DNA from: Chlamydiota bacterium
GTDB taxonomy: Bacteria > Auribacterota > Tritonobacteria > UBA1439
Reading direction: 5' to 3'
Assembly (NCBI GenBank): GCA_037133055.1
Contig: JBAXOY010000011.1
Span: 1-41,985, forward strand
DNA: 41,985 bases
In this document: one piece after another, positions 1 to 7,855 of the stretch
Position numbering within the stretch: the first letter of the stretch is position 1
Layout: each line of letters starts with the position of its first letter
Program-made: the position numbers and the translations under genes
Notes under the pieces: generated by a model
What the model was told of the DNA's origin: nothing
Databases searched by the model: none
What the model saw: only the letters and a program-made list of their open reading frames with translations

Positions 1-1
1 A

Positions 2-55
2 CAAGCGAAATCCGCCCAGCAGAAACTGGACAAACAGCAACCCCGGGTCCCCTAA
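2..55 (+). CDS. Possible 3' end of an upstream gene-cassette ORF (QAKSAQQKLDKQQPRVP*), truncated by the window edge
   Basis: Open frame from position 2 to TAA at 53-55, ending 6 nt before the R'' box of the attC site, as expected for a cassette ORF. Too short to identify. Confidence 0.3.
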   Translation, partial: QAKSAQQKLDKQQPRVP

Positions 56-61
56 GCCTGG

Positions 62-139
62 GGCCAACAAGACGGATGCACTGTACCCAGTAGGGCACGC
101 CGACGCGCCCCACTGGTTCCGTGATCCGCGGCGTTATGC
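62..139 (+). mobile_element. Integron cassette attC recombination site
   Basis: R'' GGCCAAC (62-68), L'' CGGATGCAC (73-81), inner stem CCAGT/ACTGG and GGGC/GCCC, L' GTGATCCG (121-128, one base shorter than L''), R' GTTATGC (133-139). Total 78 bp. Confidence 0.75.
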
Positions 140-446
140 CCGAGACATGTCGGTGAAGACACCGAAGAAGTGGCCCCCGGGAGGAAAGGTCGTCACATCC
201 ACAGTTGCCGGTCGAGCACGCGGTACTGGATTGTAATAAGCCCATCACGCCTACACCCCCTCCGACCCCTCCGGTCATTGTCTCAGGAATCTTTTGTATG
301 AGAACATGGAAGTCCATGCTTGCAAATCCCGCAGGGAAGAATGATGATAGGCGTCACGAATGGCTGGGTGAAGTCAACCGACTAGGGCAACATCAGGGTC
401 AAACCCCTACTATTTACTATGGTCCCCTTCGCGCACGCAACAATCG

Positions 447-475
447 TTGACCTCTACCGAGAGGGTATATAATCT
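447..475 (+). promoter_or_regulatory. Sigma70 promoter of brnTA with a palindromic operator candidate
   Basis: TTGACC (447-452), then TATAAT (468-473, 15-bp spacer) or TAATCT (470-475, 17-bp spacer). CCTCT-ACCG-AGAGG palindrome at 451-464. No SD before ATG 484, so the mRNA is probably leaderless. Confidence 0.55.
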
Positions 476-483
476 ATGCCATT

Positions 484-744
484 ATGGAATTTGCATTCTA
501 CGAACGAAAGAGCAGATCCAACAAAGAAAAGTATGGGATAGACTTTGTGGAGGCTCAAGTCCTGTGGCGGGATATCGGTCGAGTCGAAATTCCAGCCAGG
601 ACAAAAGATGAATCGAGGATGTTGGTTATAGGAACGATCAACAAAAAGCATTGGACAGCCGTTGTCACCTATCGAGGTAGTACAACACGAATTATCTCGG
701 TCAGACGATCCATGCCCGAGGAGGTACAGATGTATGAAAGCTAA
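484..744 (+). CDS. brnT: BrnT family type II toxin (DUF497 ribonuclease)
   Basis: MEF...K...NKEKYGIDF.EA N-terminus, E.R...IG and RIISVR motifs; 86 aa; overlaps the downstream antitoxin. Confidence 0.9.
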   Translation: MEFAFYERKSRSNKEKYGIDFVEAQVLWRDIGRVEIPARTKDESRMLVIGTINKKHWTAVVTYRGSTTRIISVRRSMPEEVQMYES

Positions 745-961
745 AGAATTCGATGCGCACTTTGAAAAGGGCGGGAACATCACCCGCTATCTTGACCTGT
801 CCAAGGCCAGAAGGCCTGACCAAGAGCAACGGCGGGTCAACGTGGATTTCCCTAACTGGATGATCCATTCGCTGGATAGAGAAGCCCGGAAATTAGGGGT
901 TACCCGCCAGTCCATTATCAAGGTTTGGATCTCCGAGCGTCTAAAAGAGAAGACCGCCTGA
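734..961 (+). CDS. brnA: BrnA/CopG-type ribbon-helix-helix antitoxin
   Basis: MKAKEFD..F..G.....YLDLSKARRP....RRVNVDFP.WMI.SLDREA..LGVTRQSIIKVW. ATG 734 follows GAGG and overlaps the end of brnT. Confidence 0.88.
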   Translation: MKAKEFDAHFEKGGNITRYLDLSKARRPDQEQRRVNVDFPNWMIHSLDREARKLGVTRQSIIKVWISERLKEKTA

Positions 962-1020
962 AACAGGGGAGACACACTCACCGCCTGCGGCGGCTGAACT
1001 AACTGATGGCGAGTATTTTT

Positions 1021-1058
1021 ACCCCCCACCCTCTCCCTCCCCCTCAAGGGGGGAGGGG
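1021..1058. repeat. Intergenic palindromic repeat, copy 1
   Basis: ACCCCCCACC-CTCT-CCCTCCCCCTCAAGGGGGGAGGGG; 34/38 identical to 2513-2550; forms a hairpin. Confidence 0.85.
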
Positions 1059-1165
1059 AAAAAGATAAGAGCCCCCCATTTGTGAGGTCGTACGTCTGGG
1101 GTGAGGTCTGGGTAACGTCAGAGTTGAAAATCGGGCGTGGGAATGGCATACTATATACTGCTATC

Positions 1166-1242
1166 GGCGGTGTAGCTCAGTTGGCTAGAGCAGCGGAATC
1201 ATAATCCGCGTGTCCGGGGTTCGAATCCCTGCACCGCCACCA
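1166..1242 (+). tRNA. tRNA-Met (CAT), elongator type
   Basis: Acceptor stem GGCGGTG/CACCGCC, discriminator A, encoded CCA; anticodon arm GCGGA-ATCATAA-TCCGC; T-loop GTTCGAATC. Paired 1:72 and absence of three G:C pairs argue against initiator; Ile2 is not fully excluded. Confidence 0.93.
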
Positions 1243-1335
1243 TTACTACGGCAACGACGGTTTCTGGTTACCGGTTGCCGGCAGAAGAAGATACAAAATT
1301 GCGTGGCTGTCGAGAGGCAACATAGGCACTCCCCC

Positions 1336-2484
1336 GTGAGAAAAACATTCCTCGTCTTCGGGAGCCCCCTGATCGAAGAGCCGGAGATCGCGGAGGTCGT
1401 GGAGTGCCTCCGGTCCGGGTGGGTCTCCACCGGCCCGCGCGTCGGCAAATTCGAGGATATGTTCCGCGAGTACGCCGGGGCGAAGTACGCGCGTGCCCTC
1501 GCCTCCTGCACCGCCGGCCTCCACCTCTCCATGCTCGTCTCCGGGATCAAGCCCGGCGACGAGGTGATCACGACCCCGATGACCTTCGCGGCCACCGCGA
1601 ACGTGATCACGCACGTCGGCGCGGTGCCCGTCTTTGCCGACGTGGACCGCCGCACGATGAACATCGACCCGGAGGAGGTGCGGCGGAAGCTCACCCCGAA
1701 GACGCGCGCCGTCATCCCCGTGCACTTCGCCGGGCGCCCCTGCGCCATGGACCCGATCCTTGAGATCGCCCGCGAGCGGGGGCTTGTTGTCATCGAGGAC
1801 GCCGCGCATGCGATCGAGGCGGTCTACCGGGGAAGGAAGATCGGGTCGATCGGCGACCTCACCTGCTTCAGCTTCTACGTCACGAAGAACATCATCACCG
1901 GCGAGGGGGGGATGGTTACCACGGACAACCCGGATTGGGCGGAGAGGATCGAGATGTACGGCCTCCACGGCCTGAACAAGGGCGCCTGGCGCCGCTATAC
2001 GGACGACGGATTCAAGCACTACGAGGTGATCTACCCCGGCTACAAATACAACATGACGGATCTCCAGGCCGCCATCGGGATCCACCAGCTCCCCCGGATC
2101 GGGCGCTACCTGAAACGCCGGGAGGAGATCTGGAGGCGCTACGACGAGGCGTTCCGCGGCCTGCCGCTCATCATCCCCGCGCCCGCGGAGCCGCACACCG
2201 TCCACGCGCGCCACCTCTACACGCCCCTCGTCGACACGGACGCGCTCGGCAGGAGCAGGGACGAGGTCCAGCAGGCGCTCCACCGCGAGAATATCGGGAC
2301 CGGGATCCACTTCGTGAGCGTGCACCTGCACCGCTACTACCGGGAGCGGTACGGGTACCGGAGGGGCGATTTCCCGAACGCGGAGTTCGTCTCGGACCGG
2401 ACGATCTCGCTGCCGCTTTCGGCGAAGCTCACGGACGAGGATGTCGAGGACGTGGTCGCCGCGGTGGGGAGGGCGCTTACGTAG
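1336..2484 (+). CDS. DegT/DnrJ/EryC1/StrS family nucleotide-sugar aminotransferase (ArnB-like)
   Basis: IEDAAHA, FSFYVTKNIITGEGG (PLP lysine), GYKYNMTDLQAAIG, ISLPLS. Start moved to GTG 1336 because the longer ORF overlaps the tRNA. Confidence 0.92.
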   Translation: MRKTFLVFGSPLIEEPEIAEVVECLRSGWVSTGPRVGKFEDMFREYAGAKYARALASCTAGLHLSMLVSGIKPGDEVITTPMTFAATANVITHVGAVPVFADVDRRTMNIDPEEVRRKLTPKTRAVIPVHFAGRPCAMDPILEIARERGLVVIEDAAHAIEAVYRGRKIGSIGDLTCFSFYVTKNIITGEGGMVTTDNPDWAERIEMYGLHGLNKGAWRRYTDDGFKHYEVIYPGYKYNMTDLQAAIGIHQLPRIGRYLKRREEIWRRYDEAFRGLPLIIPAPAEPHTVHARHLYTPLVDTDALGRSRDEVQQALHRENIGTGIHFVSVHLHRYYRERYGYRRGDFPNAEFVSDRTISLPLSAKLTDEDVEDVVAAVGRALT

Positions 2485-2512
2485 TGAGGGGTCACTCACG
2501 GTGGGTATTGTC

Positions 2513-2550
2513 ACCCCCCACCGCGACCCTCCCCCTCAAGGGGGGAGGGG
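2513..2550. repeat. Intergenic palindromic repeat, copy 2, between convergent genes
   Basis: ACCCCCCACC-GCGA-CCCTCCCCCTCAAGGGGGGAGGGG; matches 1021-1058. Confidence 0.85.
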
Positions 2551-2586
2551 GGGAAGGTACGAGCCCTCTATAATTGACCCATTACC

Positions 2587-3552
2587 TCACCCGAGCCACG
2601 CGTGGAAGGTGTACTTGGCGCGGGCGTACTCGAAGTTGAGCTTCTGGTAGATGCGGATGATGTTCACGTTGTTGAGCTGGGTCTCGAAGTCCTGCATGTC
2701 GTAGCGGTGCATCCCCTCCCGCATCGCCTCCTCGAGAATCGCGGTGTAGGCCCCGAACCCCTCCGGCGTGCAGCCGCCGAGACCGCCGCCCACGCACTTC
2801 ACGCCCGTCGCATCGAGCAGGTCCTTCTTCATCCGGTAGCCGAGAAAGCCGACGATCTTCTCCTTCCGCTCCGCCACGATGATCGTCTCGGCGAGGCCGC
2901 CGTCGAGGAGTTTCCGCGCCCAGACCTGGTAGAGGCGGTCGCAGAGTTCGCGGGGAAGATGGGGGTCGGCGTGGTAGCGGCCGATGAAGTTCCTGTACGC
3001 CGCGGAGGCGACCTCCAGGACGGCGTCGTGGTCCTCGGGCCTGTAGAGCCGGGTCTTGAACAGGTACTTGCCGTGCCCGAGTTCCTGACGCCGGGGGATG
3101 AATATGTAGGTCACGATTGTGTCCGTGAGGTAGAAGCCCTTTCCCTCGAGGCACTGCATCAGGGCGAAGTCGTCGGCGTCCGCCTTGACGTTCAGGTGGA
3201 CGATGCCCTCGGCGCGGCAGGCCGCGACGAGGGTGTCGAGGAGGGCCGGGATATCGGCCCGGGACGCGGGACATTCGCCGGGGTGGACGAAGAGGGGGAT
3301 ATGTCCCATCTTGATGCCGAAGATCGAGGAGTCCCAGGGAAGAGGCATGAGGGCGGCGAGCGCCCGCACCGTGCCGCCGTCCTCGGCCACCCAGACCCGC
3401 CCGTCACGGGCGCAGCCGCCGAGCTTGTGGAGGAGATAGGCGGCCTGTTTTTCGCGATTGACGATCCGGTAGCGGCGCAGGTCTCCGTACGGGTATGAGG
3501 CAAAAAGCTCCCTGACGGCGCCCTCGTCGTCCCGGCGGTACTCCCTGATCAC
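2587..3552 (-). CDS. GNAT acetyltransferase, WecD (TDP-fucosamine acetyltransferase)-like
   Basis: LPWDSSIFG, RYHADP.LP....DRLY..W and TQLNN......YQKL.F motifs resemble WecD-type enzymes. Start overlaps the upstream GT2 stop. Confidence 0.7.
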   Translation of the reverse strand: MIREYRRDDEGAVRELFASYPYGDLRRYRIVNREKQAAYLLHKLGGCARDGRVWVAEDGGTVRALAALMPLPWDSSIFGIKMGHIPLFVHPGECPASRADIPALLDTLVAACRAEGIVHLNVKADADDFALMQCLEGKGFYLTDTIVTYIFIPRRQELGHGKYLFKTRLYRPEDHDAVLEVASAAYRNFIGRYHADPHLPRELCDRLYQVWARKLLDGGLAETIIVAERKEKIVGFLGYRMKKDLLDATGVKCVGGGLGGCTPEGFGAYTAILEEAMREGMHRYDMQDFETQLNNVNIIRIYQKLNFEYARAKYTFHAWLG

Positions 3553-4508
3553 GCGGCTCCCCCCTTCCCGACGTGGACGGCCCGGACGGTGTAGAAGGGG
3601 AGATTGTTCTGCCGGCGGTAGATGCGGATGATGAACTCGCCGAGGAAGCCGAGGATCATGAGCTGGAGGCCCACGACGACGGCGAGGAAGATGAGCGCCT
3701 GGACGCGGTTTCCCGGCGAGGTCCCGAGGAGGAGGCGGAGCAGGGTGTACACGACGCCCGCGGCGAGCCCGAATCCGAAGAGCCCCGTCCCGGCGAGGCT
3801 CACCTTCTGGAACGGCCTGCGGCTGAAGTTGGTGATGAAGTCGAGGGCGAGCTCGAAAAGGTCCTGGAGCGAGTAGCCGGACCGCCCGCCGATGCGGGGG
3901 CGGTGCCGCACCTCGACTTCGGCCGTCGAGCGGGCGAGCTTCACCCCGAGCGGTTTCAGGAACCGCCGCATCTCCCCGTACCGGAGGACCTGCCGCGCGA
4001 GCGGCTTCGTCAGGGCCACGGCGGGGCAGCCCCAGTCGCGGAGCCGGGCGCCGGTCATGCGGCCGACGAGGAGGTTGAAGATGCGGGAGGGGAGCGTACG
4101 CAGGAGAAAGGAGTCGGTCCGGCCGATGCGCACTCCGCTCACCAGGTCGTGCCCCTCGCGGAGCTTCCCGACCAGGGCGGGGATCTCCCCGGGGCCGATC
4201 TGGAGGTCCGAGTCGAGCGTGACGATCACATCGCCGTCCGCCGCATCGAGGCCCGCGCAGAGCGCCGCGTGCTGGCCGTAGTTCCGGTCGAGCTCGACGA
4301 CCTTCACGCGCGGGTCATCCGCGGCGAGGGGGAGGAGTTTTTGGAGCGTGCCGTCGGCGCTCCCGTCGTCCACGAAGACGATCTCCCATCCGGCGCATTC
4401 GGCTCCGGGGATTCCCTCGAGGGCGGCGCGCACGCTCCTGATGCACTCCTCGACGATCCCCGCGTCGTTGTAGAGCGGGATGACCACGGACAGTTTCATC
4501 TGATCCAT
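3549..4508 (-). CDS. ArnC/GtrB-like polyprenol-phosphate glycosyltransferase (GT2)
   Basis: LSVVIPLYN, VDDGSADGT, RNYGQHAAL.AG, LDSDLQ, two C-terminal TM helices with GFLGEFI.RIY. Start at 4508 or 4499. Confidence 0.88.
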   Translation of the reverse strand: MDQMKLSVVIPLYNDAGIVEECIRSVRAALEGIPGAECAGWEIVFVDDGSADGTLQKLLPLAADDPRVKVVELDRNYGQHAALCAGLDAADGDVIVTLDSDLQIGPGEIPALVGKLREGHDLVSGVRIGRTDSFLLRTLPSRIFNLLVGRMTGARLRDWGCPAVALTKPLARQVLRYGEMRRFLKPLGVKLARSTAEVEVRHRPRIGGRSGYSLQDLFELALDFITNFSRRPFQKVSLAGTGLFGFGLAAGVVYTLLRLLLGTSPGNRVQALIFLAVVVGLQLMILGFLGEFIIRIYRRQNNLPFYTVRAVHVGKGGAA

Positions 4509-4593
4509 CGTGCGGGCTCCGGGCGCCTGTTGAATGATAGTACATGGACCCCCCGGCGGCAATGTCAAAACTCGCCGCGCGCAGCCCCGGTTC

Positions 4594-4622
4594 TTGAGAT
4601 GGCGGGGGGTATCATGTAGAAT
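4594..4622 (+). promoter_or_regulatory. Sigma70 promoter for the DUF2723-radical SAM pair
   Basis: TTGAGA-17 bp-TAGAAT. A divergent TTGCCG-17-TATCAT candidate for the GT2 gene lies on the minus strand at 4534-4562. Confidence 0.5.
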
Positions 4623-4662
4623 GGTGCCGCCCGGGCTGATGCCCCCGGCGCGAAAGGCGGTC

Positions 4663-6651
4663 ATGCGCTTCCCTTCTCCCTCCGCGAGAAACGCGGCGGT
4701 CGCCGCGGCGGTCTTCGCGGTATTCCTCGCGATCTACGGGCGGACCATGCTCCCCTGCGTAGGGGGGTACGGGGACAGTTCCAAGTTCCAGTTCGTCGGG
4801 AAGATCAGGGGCCTCCCGCACCCGACCGGCTTCCCCCTCTATCTCTCCCTCAACCGGATCGTCTCGCAGATTCCTCTCGGCAGCCTCGCCGCGCGCGTGA
4901 GTTTCATCTCGGCCGCCTGCGGCGCCCTGACGCTTGCGGCGCTTTCGCTCGTCGTATCGCTGCTCACCGGCTACGCCCTCGCCGGGCTCCTCTCGGCGGC
5001 GGTGCTCGGCTTCCTCCCGCTCTTCTGGTCGTCCGCGCTCATCCCGGAGGTGTACACCCTCAACACGCTCATGCTCTCGTCCGCCATCCTCTTCCTGTCC
5101 GCGTGGATGAGGACCGGGCGCAGGGCCTCGCTCTATCTGTCATGGGCCTGCTTCTGCGCGGGGCTCGGAAACCACCCGTCGATCATGGCGTTCTTCCCGG
5201 CGTTCGTCGTCGTGGCGTTCGGGCGCATCCGGTTGCGGGACCTCCCCGTGTTGGCGCTCATCGCCGCCGCGGGTGCCGCGCAGTACCTCCTCATCTATTT
5301 CTGGTCGCGCGGGAACCCCGCGTACATCGAAGGGCAGGTCGGCAGTCTCCGGGAGCTCGCCCGCTACACGCTCGGCGGGCGGTACGCCGTGAACTATTTC
5401 CCCGTCCCCCTCCGCGACATCCTCACGACGCATGTGCGCCTCTACGTGAGCGCGATGCGGAGCCAGTTCGGGATCGGGGGGATCGCGCTGGCGATTCTGG
5501 GCGCGGGCTGGCTCCTGAAGGCGGACAGGCGCTTCCTGCTCGCCCTCGCCGTCCTCTGGGCGGGGCAGCTCTTCCTCTCCCTGCCGTCGGTGACGGTCGA
5601 GACGCCGGTCTACTTCGTCCCCTCGTGCGTGACGGCGGCGATACTCGCCGGGTGCTCCCTCCCGCTTATCGAGGGGCTCGCGGGGAGACGGGGCGGGGCG
5701 GGCGGCGCGGCGCTCAGGCTCGTTTACTGGGGAGGGATCGCCTTCTTCATTGCCGCGCCCGTGGCGCGGTCGTGGCCGCGCGCGGACCTGAGCCGGGTGC
5801 GTTTCTATGACGAGTTCACGTCGGAGGTCCTGGCCGCCCTGCCGCCATCGAGCCTCCTCCTCTCGCCGAACTACCAGTGGACCGAGGCGTACCTCTACAA
5901 GATCCTCGGCGAGGACGCCCGCCGGGACGATCCGGTGTTCATCCTGAACAACTGGGACCCCGCGAAGATGCCGGCCTATCGCGCGGGCAGGGATATCGAC
6001 TTCCTCGCATACCGCCCCGCGTCGTCGCCGGCGCCCCCGCTCCGTGTCTTCTCCCAGGCACAGGCTGCGCGCGACCCGCGCCTGGGGCAGCTCCGGAAAG
6101 GCGGGGAGGAGCTGACGCCGCTCGTGCGGCACTCGAGCGGGGAGCTGGACCGGATCCGCGCGCGCGGGGAGAGCCGCCTCGTGCTCATCTCGGCCAAGGA
6201 CGAGGGGGCGCCGATCTGCGGCGACGCGGCGTTCGACCTCCTCCTCTCGCTCGGGCTCAAGCCCCGGGCGTCGGGGGGGCTGCGCTGGGGATGGAGCTCG
6301 GCGGCGGCGGTGATGTTCGAGAAGGGGGCCCCGAGGGGGATCGTCAGGAACGCGTTCGGCCGGAGCGCGATCGCGCTGAAAAAGGGCGACCCGCTCGGGA
6401 ACGCGGGGATCCCGTCCCCCGCGGCGATCGAGATCGAGAGCGCGCCGCTCGGGCTCGGCGACCGGAGCCGCATACGCGTGAACGGCCGGCTCGCGAGCCA
6501 CGGCGACCGGGGCGTGAACGTCGTTATGGTGAACCCGGCGACGGGCGAGGTCGAAGAGGCGCGGAACTACTCCTGCGGGGACCTGAGCGGCATGAACGAC
6601 GCCGCGGTGTACGAGCTCGCCGGGGGCGGCGGGAGGGGAGGGGAGCGGTGA
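4663..6651 (+). CDS. DUF2723/TMEM260-like GT-C membrane glycosyltransferase with C-terminal ILEI-like segments
   Basis: GDSSKFQ...LPHPTGFPLY, FWS.A...EVYTLN and GLGNH motifs, many TM helices, and a soluble C-terminus with SAKDEG and RGVNVVMVNP.TG.V. Confidence 0.8.
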   Translation: MRFPSPSARNAAVAAAVFAVFLAIYGRTMLPCVGGYGDSSKFQFVGKIRGLPHPTGFPLYLSLNRIVSQIPLGSLAARVSFISAACGALTLAALSLVVSLLTGYALAGLLSAAVLGFLPLFWSSALIPEVYTLNTLMLSSAILFLSAWMRTGRRASLYLSWACFCAGLGNHPSIMAFFPAFVVVAFGRIRLRDLPVLALIAAAGAAQYLLIYFWSRGNPAYIEGQVGSLRELARYTLGGRYAVNYFPVPLRDILTTHVRLYVSAMRSQFGIGGIALAILGAGWLLKADRRFLLALAVLWAGQLFLSLPSVTVETPVYFVPSCVTAAILAGCSLPLIEGLAGRRGGAGGAALRLVYWGGIAFFIAAPVARSWPRADLSRVRFYDEFTSEVLAALPPSSLLLSPNYQWTEAYLYKILGEDARRDDPVFILNNWDPAKMPAYRAGRDIDFLAYRPASSPAPPLRVFSQAQAARDPRLGQLRKGGEELTPLVRHSSGELDRIRARGESRLVLISAKDEGAPICGDAAFDLLLSLGLKPRASGGLRWGWSSAAAVMFEKGAPRGIVRNAFGRSAIALKKGDPLGNAGIPSPAAIEIESAPLGLGDRSRIRVNGRLASHGDRGVNVVMVNPATGEVEEARNYSCGDLSGMNDAAVYELAGGGGRGGER

Positions 6652-7778
6652 AGAAGGGGCTCTTCAACCTCGCGCGCTGCTACGACGCCCTGAGCTCCCT
6701 CTACACGCTCGCGCCCTACCGGCTCCGCCCCGGCTTCGCCTTCCCCCCGCTCCACCTGTTCGTGGAACTGACCTACCGCTGCAACCTGCGCTGCCGGATG
6801 TGCCAGTTCCTCCCGCTCATCGAGAAGGGAGGGCTGGAGGGGAGAAGGGGCGAAGAGCTCACGGCGGCAGAGGTCGTCGGGTTCGTGCAGTCGTTCCCGC
6901 GCACCGCGGTCGTCACCTTCACGGGCGGCGAGCCGCTCGTGCGGAAGGACCTCCCCGCGATTTTCGCCGCCCTCGCGCCGCGGAACAAGCTCCACGTCAT
7001 CACGAACGGGACGCTCCTCGACGATCCCGCCGCGTCGTTCCTCTTTGAACACCGGCTCCGGTCGGTCTGGGGGGGCGGGCTTTTCGTCGTCGGGGTCTCC
7101 CTGCACGGCCCCGGAGAGGTCCACGACGGGATCGTGAGCCGGAAGGGGGCGTACGCGCGCGCCTGCGCCGGGATCGGGCGGATCAGGGAACTCCGGGAGA
7201 AGGCGCGCGCCGCGTTCCCGCATGTCCACGTGACCTGCGTCATCACCCCCGCGAACGCCGCGCGCCTCGCGGAGACGTACCGGGCGGCGCGGGATCTCGG
7301 GGCGGACTACTGCAACTTCACCATATTGAACAGCTCGGATTTCGGGAGCCGCATCCCGACGGTCGAGTTTCCGGGGCACGAGTCGCCCGGCGGGACGCGG
7401 ATGAGGATCGACCCGGCTATCCTTCGAAAGCAGCTCCGCATGATCGGGGATGAGTCGCGGGGGAGCGCCGTGAAGGTGAGGTTCTCGCCGTTCGGCATCA
7501 CGCCCGAAGAGGTAGTGCGGTACTACGACGACCGTTCCGACCCTGCGGCCTACCGCTGCTATACCCCGTGGCGGATGCTCGGGATATCGGCCTACGGGGA
7601 GATGAGCTCGTGCCCGTTCCTGTCGCTTGGGAACATCAGGGCGAAGCGCCCGAGGGACGTGTGGAACGGCCTGGACCAGGCGCGGTTCAGAAAGCGGCTG
7701 AAGGAGCGGGGCATCTTCCCGGCCTGCGCGGGGTGCTGCGCCGCGAGCTACCGGCCGACGCGCGCCGAAAAGGGATGA
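6648..7778 (+). CDS. Radical SAM protein with SPASM/Twitch domain
   Basis: CNLRCRMC, FTGGEP, ITNGTLL; C-terminal CYTPW...G....CP....GNI...W...CAGCC. GTG start overlaps the upstream TGA. Confidence 0.9.
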   Translation: MKKGLFNLARCYDALSSLYTLAPYRLRPGFAFPPLHLFVELTYRCNLRCRMCQFLPLIEKGGLEGRRGEELTAAEVVGFVQSFPRTAVVTFTGGEPLVRKDLPAIFAALAPRNKLHVITNGTLLDDPAASFLFEHRLRSVWGGGLFVVGVSLHGPGEVHDGIVSRKGAYARACAGIGRIRELREKARAAFPHVHVTCVITPANAARLAETYRAARDLGADYCNFTILNSSDFGSRIPTVEFPGHESPGGTRMRIDPAILRKQLRMIGDESRGSAVKVRFSPFGITPEEVVRYYDDRSDPAAYRCYTPWRMLGISAYGEMSSCPFLSLGNIRAKRPRDVWNGLDQARFRKRLKERGIFPACAGCCAASYRPTRAEKG

Positions 7779-7785
7779 GCGCGGG

Positions 7786-7817
7786 ATTGCTTCACCCTAC
7801 TTCGCGGGGTTTGCAAT
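7786..7817. terminator. Imperfect hairpin or REP-like element between convergent genes
   Basis: ATTGC-TTC-ACCC-TACTTCGCG-GGGT-TT-GCAAT. Confidence 0.45.
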
Positions 7818-7855
7818 GATAGTGGAAAAGCAGGGCCCGCCATGACGCACGCGTG

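Noticed and set aside
205..450. 81-aa ORF upstream of brnT
   Set aside because: TTG start, no SD, no recognisable motif, and it runs over a repeat motif and the brnT promoter.
955..1010. Second attC site closing a brnTA cassette
   Set aside because: An AAC after the stop and a CCGCC-TGC-GGCGG hairpin are present, but there is no GTT R' box or paired L boxes; at most a decayed remnant.
1166..1242. tRNA used as an integration site
   Set aside because: I found no duplicate of the tRNA 3' end and no integrase in the window, and the accessory DNA lies on the 5' side.
1210..1335. N-terminal extension of the aminotransferase in the ORF track
   Set aside because: It overlaps the tRNA, and family similarity begins at GTG 1336.
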